From Macrostomum lignano (lineage: Eukaryota): a DNA stretch of 64,000 nucleotides. The stretch lies in assembly GCA_002269645.1 (NCBI GenBank), contig NIVC01003605.1:1-64000 (forward strand), given 5' to 3'. Below the pieces are notes generated by a model. It saw only the letters and a program-made list of their open reading frames with translations, had not been told where the DNA came from and searched no databases. Shown here one piece after another: positions 39,612 to 50,021 of the stretch. How positions within the stretch are numbered: position 1 is the stretch's first letter; each line of letters begins with the position of its first letter. A program made the translations under genes and the position numbers.

Positions 39612-39729
39612 TTGCGACCCGCCGTGCATTCCGTACCTGGGCATGTACCTCACCGACCTGTCCTTCATTGAGGAGGGCACATCGAATGTCACCGATGACG
39701 GCCTGATCAACTTTTGCAAAATGAGAATG
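39612..39729 (+). CDS. RASGRF: RasGRF exon 18 (CDC25)
   Basis: CDPPCIPYLGMYLTDLSFIEEGT...GLINFCKMRM is the RasGEF signature. Confidence 0.97.
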
Positions 39730-39811
39730 GTTCGTATTTTAAACAATTTTTTGGATGAATTCAATGTCTAATGTACATGCACCAATAGTTTAATACTATT
39801 GAATTCTTCAG

Positions 39812-39880
39812 ATCGCTCATGTAATTCGGGAGATTCAGCAGTACCAGCAGACGCCTTACAGAATAGAGTACAATCCCAAG
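39812..39880 (+). CDS. RASGRF: RasGRF exon 19
   Basis: IAHVIREIQQYQQTPYRIEYNPK|gtatgt. Confidence 0.93.
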
Positions 39881-40131
39881 GTATGTAATCTGCAGTGCCT
39901 TGATTGCTGGTTTCTTACTGTGAACCCAGATAAACTAACTATGAATTACAGGTAGAACACCAAGCTACCAAACGGCTTTTCAGCCGAAAACATTCAAGAT
40001 AGTGGATATTTACGTTCTATATGATTTAGCAATATTTCAATTTTGAAGTCAAAGAAAGACTTCAATTTTAAGCCGACAACGCAGTCGTCAGTCTTATTTT
40101 ACAGCAGCGCATTAATTATTCTTTTCTGCAG

Positions 40132-40266
40132 GCCTGCGACTACCTGCTGGACCCCAGCAGGCAGATGGACGATGAAACAGCCTATCAGGCGTCGCTGAGA
40201 CTCGAACCAAGGGTCTCCATTTGCCCGGACGCGGCGCACCAGACGCGAATCAAGGCGCAGCACTAA
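40132..40266 (+). CDS. RASGRF: RasGRF terminal exon 20
   Basis: ACDYLLDP...YQASLRLEPR...KAQH*; TAA at 40264-40266. The exon sum plus 1 nt gives 1653 codons. Confidence 0.92.
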   Translation, partial: ACDYLLDPSRQMDDETAYQASLRLEPRVSICPDAAHQTRIKAQH

Positions 40267-43200
40267 GAGCAGTCCCAGAGAATTCGATGAAAAGTAGCCA
40301 TGTGTCAATTGCAAATATGAGCTTATCCTGATTCTTATTTGTAACTGAAAGCAGAGCTTATCTTCAAAGATTCCAGCTGCAGCAAATAGCTTTTTGAGCA
40401 AAATTTGCGCGAGCTTTTTCCATGAAATTCCCGACTTTTATCTACTTTTTTAGCGTTCGATCCTTTTGTGCTTATCTGAGCAGTATCTGAATATATTCAA
40501 TACTCCAATATATTATTCACATAGCACTGTTGTGAATGAACTTTGTAACACTGATGTGACTGTCTTTTTATTTTCCTATTTAATAATTGATCCAATGGCT
40601 ATATCATTCGTATTGTTCGATGTTCGACGCAATCCTTGTATACAGTGCTTGGAGGTTACATAATTTCATCTTGTGGTGCCGTGACGTCTGTGTACATGTT
40701 CGTAATCGTTTCTGTACTATATTTGTACTATTTCATTAAGTAAAATAATTACATGTAATTTGGACTGGTATAAATTTTTCATTAAATTATTTTATTTTTT
40801 TCCCTAATATAATAACCGTGACGTTATTTTGTTTTAGGGTGTAAAATTTGTCCACGCATCTTGTCTGGCTGATGTCCTCATTAACTTTCTATTTCCTTTG
40901 CGACAGTCTTTTGACAAAACTGTTCCTGTTCGTTGCTGTGTGCGCAAAAATTGCGTTTTGTCGCATTTTTTATCTACAATTTCATTATTTTACTAACCAT
41001 GTATATTTATTAAGCTATTTTTAACTGAATTGTTATATTGCTTTAAATTCGAAACTTTATTTGTCAGTCCTAGCTTCTATTGTTCAATGATCGAGCAGAA
41101 TTACCAACGCGTATTAAAGAAAGCAAAAACACCCTTTTTAACAAATTATTTATAATTTTCTCTATTGTATTTGAAACCGATGGTTTCTTTAAATTTTTGG
41201 CGCCAAAGCACTAATTGCTAAAACTCATGTCGAGTTGCTGTCATCGCATCTGTGTTAAGCAAGCTTTTATTATCAGGCTTGCTGATTTATTCTTTGTCTT
41301 AATTCTTCGCGCCATTTTATTAAGGAATTTATCGCTAATAACTATCAAATTTTGTGTCATATTTACTACACTTGCCGACTTTACTGTGAATCATTTAGTT
41401 TTTCTCTTTTCCTATACCTTCTCTTACAGTTTTATTGAAATATTTGTGTCTTTTGTGTATTTTCATTCACTAAAATAAATACAAACCAGGGGAGACCGGG
41501 ATTTCTTCGAGATGTATTATAGTTTGTGTTCTTAAAATGCTAGTGTTTTTAGTTATACCAGTCAACTACAAATTTTACCTACTAAAGTAGAGTTGATTGT
41601 GTAAAATTTGAATTACGGTACATGCACATGTACATGTACACGGGTAACTCATTATTAATTAAAAAATCAGGTATACAATTATTTCGTGTGCATTGAAACC
41701 TCCAGTTGGAAAAAATGCAGTACATATGCAGTTTATGGTGTCTTTCTGAATGATGCTCATACATATATGTGATCAGTTGTGCTGAAAGCAAGTAGCATGC
41801 GTGACCATGGGGTTTCCATTTCCAAAGGAAACAGTGTGATGTTTTGAGCAAATTTATATTTTAAAATAATTAACACTATTAATTATTACAAAATTTGCGT
41901 TTCTCTACTGTTTGGAGAACATTAATATGAAAAATAAGCTGAAAATGTAGTTGTTAAGGACTTGCCACAATTGTGCGCTTGTTCGTTAAAAAGCGTTCAG
42001 TTTTTTAATAGCTAGCGTTGATTAATTGCATGATTGTGTAGTTAAAATATTTTTAATTACCAGGTTAACGAAATTTTCGTTAGAAAGTTTCATTTTTACC
42101 ACATATAGATAGCTTTAATTTTGTCTGAATAAGTAGCTCCGCAAATTCTCCATCATTTATTTTGCTTTCTACTGGTAGCAATTAGCTATGCATATGTAAC
42201 GATCGAGAATTATCGACAGGTCCATAAATACATAACCGTAGTTTTGAATATGGGCGACATCGCTATCCGGGGCTTATGTTGTTACTATTCTGAAAAGTAG
42301 GCGGATTTTTTTGGAGAGATCAGTAAAATAAATAAATCGAATGAATCGACAAGGTCGCAACCATGTTCTCAGCTGTCCTAAAAAGACATCTGCAACGTAA
42401 TATATAGCGCATATGTTCCTTTCAGTTAACCTTAATGATTAGCTTATTGGCAATAAGCGGTTTCGGTATTTTTTGTAAACAATGAGTTGAAAATTTAGGC
42501 TTTTTTAGTTAATGACTCGCCAATAGAAAACAAACGAGTCAAAGCCAAGAAGTCAACGCTTTTCAGGAACCGATAACATGCTCGATATATTTTGAACAAA
42601 GTATTCTAATCAGCCGTTGGCTGGTCATCATAGAAATCAGTAAATAAAAATATTGTCTTTAGATACAAATAACACAAAAGAGTTTTCTTCCGATACCATT
42701 ACCCTGCCTTCTCCAATAAGAAGACATTTCACGGTTGCTTTGTTTTGACATTTGATGTCTCAATTGTCAGAGGTGTGAACCAGCCTTAAAAGCATACTTT
42801 TACTTTAACAAATTACCTCAATAAGTATGAATTAATTCTTATTAGCTTTATATTGCGATAAGTAAAACAATTTAGCCTTCACAGAAGGCAAACAAAAAAA
42901 GCCGTAATACTCGTAAGAGAACAGTAAACATCTGTTTCTTTGAATTTGAAAATATGTCAAAACAGCCGCAAAGAAATCGAAAAGTTAAAAACGCAAAGAA
43001 AAATTAATTATTCAAAGAAACGAAAATTCGACTGCATGGAGAAAGTTTTGCGAACTGGATCCAGTTCAGAAGGTATTGCAGGAGTTTCGCTTATTCCACA
43101 ATAGTGAAAAGTTGTACAATGGCACAAATTCGAAATTTAATTAATATTAATGAAGTCCAGAAATCTTGGAGTAAAGTTTTTCTTCTTCGCATTAGCAAAT

Positions 43201-43423
43201 TAATCGATGATGCAGATTGCAAATGAGATGGAAGATCGTAGAGAGCTTTCTGGTGATCTTTCTTTGCGTTGCAACAACTGTAATTATAAAGTACTGCGTA
43301 CATAAAAACGAATTCAAATGGTTTGATTGGTACCAACTGCTCAAAATGATCTATCTTGATGTTCACTGCAAACAGCTCATCAAAACGCTTATAATTTTCT
43401 ACTAGTCATCAGCATCGACTGAA

Positions 43424-46142
43424 TCAGTTCAATTCCAGCAGCTGGCCAGGCACCAGACCCCTGTGCCCATTCACCTCAGCGTTATACATTCCGTCGGGGC
43501 GCATCGGACCGAACGTCGTAACATCGTCGCCGCGGCGCAGCTCAAGTTCATAAGAGGGAAAAGCGGATGGTGATTCTTCACTCGGTCGGTAGTCTCTAGC
43601 AGCGCGTCGCTTTGCACCCTGTTGCTGCTGTGGCTCCTCATGAGGCTGCAGATGTGACGGTGAAAACTGCGGCGGTGACTGCTGTGACTGATACTTGGGC
43701 GCCGGCGAAGAGTAATATGGATCCATAGGCCCGCTGCTTGGCCGGCCTATGGGGGCGTCGTCCCTGCCCGGACTGCGACCTTTAGCGGCATCGCCTGCCG
43801 GTATTTCAATCTTGTCCGATGTTTCACCATCGTAGCCGAATGTCTGAACGCCCAGTGAGACGAGAGCGCCAAGTGAAGTCTTCGGAATGAGCGACTTGGT
43901 TAGGCGGCAGCTCACCACGGTCTGCTCCTCGACACCATTCACGAACACTCTGTAGCCAGCAACCACAACGCCTTGGTTCCGGTCCAGATTGTCCAGCTGC
44001 GGCGCTTCCCACTCCAGCATGATGCTGCCGTCGCCAAGGACGCGGCTAATGCGTACGTTCATCGGCGGATCGAGCAGCCGAGGTGTCGGCCGATTTCTTG
44101 TGGGCTCAATGTCGGCGCGACTCAACCTGGCAGCAGTAGGTCTGGTCTGTGGTGGCGAACGGCCCCGCTGTCGCACTGGTTCGGGCTGCACAGGGTACGC
44201 CGCAGCTGCTGGACTATAGGGACTCGAGTACGGATCGTCAGCGGGATGATTTTGCGGCTGTCGCGAGGCGCGAAGTGATGGATAGTCATTTGAATCGTCA
44301 CGTGTCGGTTGCTGTTGCTGCGGATGAGACTGGTACTGAGGTTTAATTGGATCTTCCGGTTGCTGGTGTTGATGTGGATCACGATTATTAGCGTAATTTG
44401 GGTAATCACTCTCAGGCTTCTGCTGCTGCGGCTTCTGTTGTTGCTGGTATTGTGTGGCAGCGCGCGGCTCGTATGCGGCTTTTGGCGACGCTGGAGGATC
44501 TTCATAGGCAGGTGAGTAATAAGGCTGTTTTTGTGGCTGCTTCTGTGGCTGTTTTTGCTGCTGCTGCTCCGATTGCGACAGTGGTGAAAGCGGTGCCTGG
44601 TCACTGGATCTGGGTCGACCCTGTGACTTTGCGACGATCTGCTCTGAGAGCGGCGTGTCGTCCGGGTTGACCAGGTAGTCGATTGGATCAACATAGTCAT
44701 CTACAGTTTTCCTCTGATTCTGATCCGCCTCCTGCAGCAGCTCCCTCGGCAAGCGCTCCCCACCTCCGCGAAGCTCGTTAGCCAGGCGTCGAATCAGGTC
44801 GTCCTTCTCCTTGCAGCGTTTTTGCAAGCGCTCAACTTTTGGCCTCAGCTTTGCAACAAGCAGCTCGTTCTTGAACTTGTCTCGCTCTAGGTCTTCGTAG
44901 CGCTTCTTAATTTTGTGAAAGTCAGTCTCAAGATCGCGGTAGAAGTCATTCTCACGCTCAAGCTCGTTAAGAACATCCTTGAGCTTCCCCAACTCCTGCT
45001 GCAGGCCCTGTTCATCTGTGGACTTTTCTCGCAACATGTCCTTGAGCTGCTGGGTCTCAACTAGCAAGTCTCGTCGATCCTTTAAAACTTTATTTTTGTC
45101 CTTTAAGGCCATTTTCAGATCATGCACTAGTTCCTCAAGGGTCTCCTTGTCTCGTTTAAGTGTCTCAAGATGGAACACTTTAGCTTCCAGTGCTCGCACA
45201 GCTTCAGAAATATAGGCGTTCTCTTCTTCAAGGTTTCGACATCGTTCGCGGTAGTCAGCGAGCTTGTCCACCTGCTCTTTAAGCGCCTTGTTCTCGCGCT
45301 CGGCTGTTCGATAGTGACTGTCCGACACCGCTTTTTCGTTCTCCGCACTAGCGATGGAGCTCTTAGCTTCAACAAGTTCGCGGTTTAGGTTCTCAATCTG
45401 CTCATTTTTTGCTCTTACCTCTCTCTCCTTTCTCGCTAGCTGGTTTTGCAGACTTTTTAACTCAGATTTGGCGCCATCAACCTCCAACTCGATGCTTGCC
45501 AGTTCATCTTTGGTCCTGTCTAGCTCCTCGCTAACCGCCTGCAATCTTTCAGCCTCCTTCAGTGCATTCTTAGCGACAATGACTCGATCCAGGTTGTCTA
45601 CTTCTGACTGCAGCTGAAATATCATGCGCTCTTTGTCAGCAATGTCTTCACCAAGCCTTGCATTGTCCTCCGTGAGGTCGGCGATGACTTTCTCCTGGTT
45701 GCTGATTTGTCTCTCCTTGTCCTTGATCAGGTGCCTCAGCATGTAGGCATCGTCCGCTATTTTCAGCTTGCGATTCATTTCGCGTTCAATGTATCGATTT
45801 GTGTCCAGCTCGCGGCTTTGAGCACGGTTCTCCGTTTTCAGATCGTCTAGCTCAGACTCATGGGGCTGGTGAGAGCGTCTAGCTGCTTGAGAAGCGTAAC
45901 TAGTACCGTTCTCAGCGCCACCATTCTCTTGCTGCAACTGCTTATTGAGCCAAGGTGACGTCACTGGCTGGGTGCCGTTTGGATGTTCGTCCCTCAGGGT
46001 GGAGTTCTTCAAACGCTGTGGGTCCTGATGTTGGTGCTGATGAGGCGGCGGTTGTTGGCTTTGACCGAACCCGTTGTCTTCGTGTTGATGCGGAGGACGC
46101 TCTCGAATTGACGGCTTCTTTGGCACTGGCGGAGGCTGACGT

Positions 46143-46174
<32 letters not shown>

Positions 46175-46243
46175 TTGTTGCTGAAACTGGTTATAGCTCA
46201 GCGGCCTAGGATTCGGATATGACTGCGGCTGCTGACTTGTCAT
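43424..46243 (-). CDS. Intronless 939-aa RIM-binding-protein-like protein (polyQ, long coiled coil, one FN3, one C-terminal SH3)
   Basis: Uninterrupted ATG-TGA ORF; FN3-like LDPPMNVRI...IMLEWEAP...VAGYRVFVNG; RIMBP-type SH3 RDYRPSEESPSAFPSYELELRRGDDVTTFGPMRPDGMYNAEVNGHRGLVP. Confidence 0.88.
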
Positions 46244-47224
46244 GATTATACAATTGCAGCAACTTCGCTCTCTGCTTCAAAGTTTTTTTGAAGTTTTCCT
46301 TAGAAAACTGTTAATAGCCTGTGTCTGTTGTTGAAGAATCGCTAATCCTGTATCAAAGTTGGTCGCGCCTCTCTGCGTAACGCTTCTAGCTTTTATTGAC
46401 GGAATAAGCTAACTATCGAGCTGGTTGTCAAAGCTAATTTGGGCGGTTCCCTGCCAAACAACAGGCGTCTAGAGAGGAGAGAGGCGGGGGTTGTTAACGG
46501 AGTCGGTACGAGCTCTGTGCGCATAAAACACCGCGGGAGGCAGAAGGCTTGTGCGACTCTTAGGCTGAACAGCTTGGCTGCCTAGGTCTGACGCACTTTG
46601 GGGAGGGGGGGGGGCTGGCTGAAAGGGCTGCTCAGACCGAGGCAAGAAGCCGAAATATGCGGGTGATCAGAATAATCGATTTCTTCTCGCCGCGATCGCC
46701 TATTTGGACGTCAGGGTCTCAGCTGGCCCTAGCAGTCTCGGGCTCTCTCTCCCTTTTCCTCTCTCCATTGCCACGTTTCAACCCCTGCTCCCGTGAGAAG
46801 GGGGTAGAGGGGAGCGAGAGGAAAAAATAGCTGCGGTATTTTAGTAGCAAAGCTGGTGGCAGCATACCAGCGTAGCTGTGCAGATCTTATTGATCTGATC
46901 AATTCCTTTCGGCATGCTGGAATGCTTTCACAATCCCAAGTCAGAAGCACCACCAGGCTTAAGCAAGTTTCAGCTCTTCGAGGTCACTTTAGGAAGGAAC
47001 TTTGTGAAGGATTATTTAATCAACTTTGCCTGTTCGCCTTGCCTATGTCCCTAGTGTTAAGCTCGCGGAGATTATTGGTAGCGTTAACTCCGCTACCATA
47101 GACAAACTTAAAATTGATAGTAAAACAAAAACACGTATATTTATTGAACGTTAAAACGGTAAACAAGCGTTTAGTCAGTTATAGTTGTTTTAGTTCGTTA
47201 GTCTACAACTTTTTATTGCTATCA

Positions 47225-47320
47225 CTATTGCATCTTGTTTGTCGGGGAACTGAAATTGATCGTGGTTGGCCCGTAGAAGTTTAGTACAGGGGCGGACCAT
47301 TGTTGACTTAGAGCCAAAGC
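47225..47320 (-). CDS. Probable terminal exon of the Crypton recombinase (ALALSQQWSAPVLNFYGPTTINFSSPTNKMQ*)
   Basis: In frame after removing a 56-nt GTGAGT...CCGCAG intron (47321-47376). Confidence 0.55.
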   Translation of the reverse strand, partial: ALALSQQWSAPVLNFYGPTTINFSSPTNKMQ

Positions 47321-47376
47321 CTGCGGTCCGGAAATATTGGAGTTGCCTTTGGCAATTGCTCTTCAACCTCACTCAC

Positions 47377-48108
47377 GCCGCTCGTTTTGGCTGCGGCAGT
47401 GGGCTCTCCATATAGTACTGCCGACATGTTCTTCTCTGACTTACGGACGTCGATGTAGGACCTGTCAGCCTTTTCGGTAATCCTTCCAGTCTTCTGGCTT
47501 GCTATTTCCTTACTGATGCCGCCTTCCACCAACCTAGTCTTGCAGGTCCGACGCAGACTACTGTTCGTGATAGGTCCGGTCGTACTGCCGGCTTCAATCT
47601 GCTTGCCAGAGAACAGATTCTTCACGACGTTTTCAATCGTATGCACACCCATTGGTTGACTACGATACCATATATCAGATGTCGGCGCCTTGATCGGTGT
47701 CAGATAGAACGCAGAGTGACCCTTGAGTCCGAATTGCTCCGGCCGGTGACGAACGTAGGTCTTATACATCGTGATGACACATTTGTCTGGGTCGCCATTC
47801 GAATAGATCCTGGTTGTTTTCAGCTCAACGTGTGCCTTGTGCAAACCAACTCTCCCGTTCTTCGACATTCGCTCGGTGTACACCAGACATTCAGTGTCAT
47901 TTTCCTTGACGAGCACAAGCTGCGATCGCTCACCGAATTCTAACGCGCGATGTTCAGCACTCGCTCTGAGCGATAGGTGCAGACCTACCAGGGGTAAGTG
48001 GTACAGCAGGGTATTCACCAGCTGCGTCGGATTAGACATTCCGAAACGTCCCTCTGCCCAGAGTTGCACTTCTTCGTCTAGGCCGATTACCCTCGCTCGC
48101 TTTGGTGT
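47377..48108 (-). pseudogene. Crypton recombinase catalytic part
   Basis: EEVQLWAEGRFG...PTQLVNTL...LSLRASAEH...SKN...KC...Y...RP...FYLTP...WY...PMGVHTI...ITNSSLRRTCKTRL...TG...SY. Confidence 0.85.
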
Positions 48109-48112
48109 AAGT

Positions 48113-48589
48113 AAGATGAAAACCTGATTTGGCACTCAATTTCATGGCGGCGTCGATGCACTGCCTGGTTAGGACGAACTCGTTGTCCTTGAAGATGGAC
48201 CAATCATGCAGAAACTTTGTTTGTAGGTGGAACTGGATACTGGCGACAAAACCTTTGATCGTGGCAGGCGGGTACATATCTCCGTTGTCCTTGCGCAGTT
48301 CAAGCAGAAAGCACTGCAGCACGTAGTCCCATTCCTTCTTGCTCCACTCGAACATATCCTTCACAACTTTCAACTGAGCAGTTTGGCGCACTCGCCAGTC
48401 AGTATACCAAGCGCACAGTTTATTCCAATTGCTACGAACCTTTTTGGCCGTTGTTTTTGGAATTCGCGAGTCTCTAAATTCGGCAAGCCGGACGTCAACG
48501 TTGGTGCTAGTGCTTTGCACTGTAGACGCTTCTTCATTGGTAATCGTTCGCATCACTTCCATTATATCGTCAGCGGTTAGCTCCTCCAT
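48113..48589 (-). pseudogene. Crypton recombinase N-terminal part (codons 1-159)
   Basis: RIPKTT...W...WDYVLQCFLLELRKDNGDMYPPATIKGFVASIQFHL...SIFKDNEF is typical of the DUF3504-family N-terminal region; frame broken at 48108-48115. Confidence 0.8.
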
Positions 48590-48695
48590 TTTGGTAAAAT
48601 TTGTGGCTTGTTTATTTCACAGCTTGCTTCTCTCTTCCTAAACCATCAGTCCTCTTTGATTTAGACTTGGTATTTTACCATAGACAATACAGGGA

Positions 48696-48715
48696 GCGGA
48701 GATTTAAATCTCCGC
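48696..48715. other. Perfect 20-bp palindrome GCGGAGATTTAAATCTCCGC
   Basis: Self-complementary as read; 8 bp outside the right Crypton direct repeat. Confidence 0.95.
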
Positions 48716-48796
48716 CGGAGATTAACTCGTGCTAAATATAGATTGCCTCGAGGCTTACAGGCTGTTGATTAAATTAAAATCAACCACTGAAGCGAA

Positions 48797-48913
48797 ACAA
48801 TAAATGTGTAATAAACCACTGAAACGAGGAGATACTCTATGCAGATTCAGAAGCCGAGGAGATTTTGCCATAGAGTATCTCCTCGTTTCAGTGGTTTATT
48901 ACACATTTATTGT
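48797..48913. repeat. Perfect 45-bp inverted repeat with a 27-nt spacer
   Basis: 48797-48841 (ACAATAAATGTGTAATAAACCACTGAAACGAGGAGATACTCTATG) is the exact reverse complement of 48869-48913. Confidence 0.95.
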
Positions 48914-48967
48914 GCGGAAATGGGCTGTGGAAGACGGGTTTTATAGATTAAAAAATTACACAAATGT

Positions 48968-49199
<232 letters not shown>

Positions 49200-49910
49200 C
49201 TCAAAACCAAAGATAAAAAATCAGTTCAGAAAACACTCAGTATCCCGAAAGTGCTTTGAGAGCGCTTTGTCCCAGGCTCCTGCTTAGCTAGTCAAGTAAA
49301 TCAATCAATCATTCCGTACTAGTAAACAAGCAGTTCGCATTGGCACCCGCATTAGGCAGTGACAAGTATCTTGGCTCTCTGCAGCGTAAAAATAGGATGG
49401 AAAAGCCCAGCTTACTCCCTCTGAGTTCCAAGGCCGGCCATCTTTGACATGAATAATTAAATGGTATTAGAGTTGCAGAAGCTCTTTGGAGGTGCTCAGC
49501 TCTGGTCGCGGACGAAAATAGATTGCAGAAAGACGTGCGACCCGCTCGCTCGATCGTGTCTGCCAGTTCAAGTGGTGCATCTAACAGTCAGGTTCGAGTG
49601 CTCTTAGAGGCTGTCTCAAGGTTACTGACGGGCTGCGCTCGGCTAGTTTCTGCGAGAATGACGCAATCGAAAATCTCCCTCTGATACAAGAATGCGTCAG
49701 CAAGAAGGCAGTCGACGAAACGCTGAGTGCGGGTCTGCCCACGGTGCCTGCAGCATCAGAAGCAACACCTCCAGCACCGGCTGCGGGCAGTACGTCTCGG
49801 CGCTGTCATGTGGCCTTCCAGCTGGAGTTGCCGACGTCGCAACAGGTCACTTGGACGGACCAGGCCAGTTTACATGACTAAATCCGTACAGTATTGTTTT
49901 TAACACTCAT

Positions 49911-50021
49911 TATGGCGCCCTGAAGCAAAGTTATTGATTTCCATAACGGGTCACAAGGTGGCGCGGGAGGACAAAGCACTGACATGTCCCCCAGCCCCCC
50001 CCCCCGGTGGCAACGCCCCTG
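49911..50021 (+). mobile_element. MITE-like family copy 4 (3' arm only)
   Basis: TTATTGATTTCCATAACGGGTCACAAG...GACAAAGCA...GGCAACGCCCCTG matches the 3' arm and TIR. Confidence 0.65.

Larger units (their letters stand above)
47094..48687 (-). mobile_element. Crypton-type tyrosine recombinase (DUF3504/ZMYM-QRICH1-like) element
   Basis: YR coding region flanked by an identical 12-bp direct repeat TACCATAGACAA (47094-47105 and 48676-48687); minus-strand AATAAA at 47140-47145 just inside the left repeat. Confidence 0.75.

Noticed and set aside
42950-43400. Coding-like fragments downstream of the RIMBP-like gene; similar patches at 59880-60080 and 60930-61050
   Set aside because: They are short, stop-interrupted and unrecognisable, so no family can be supported.
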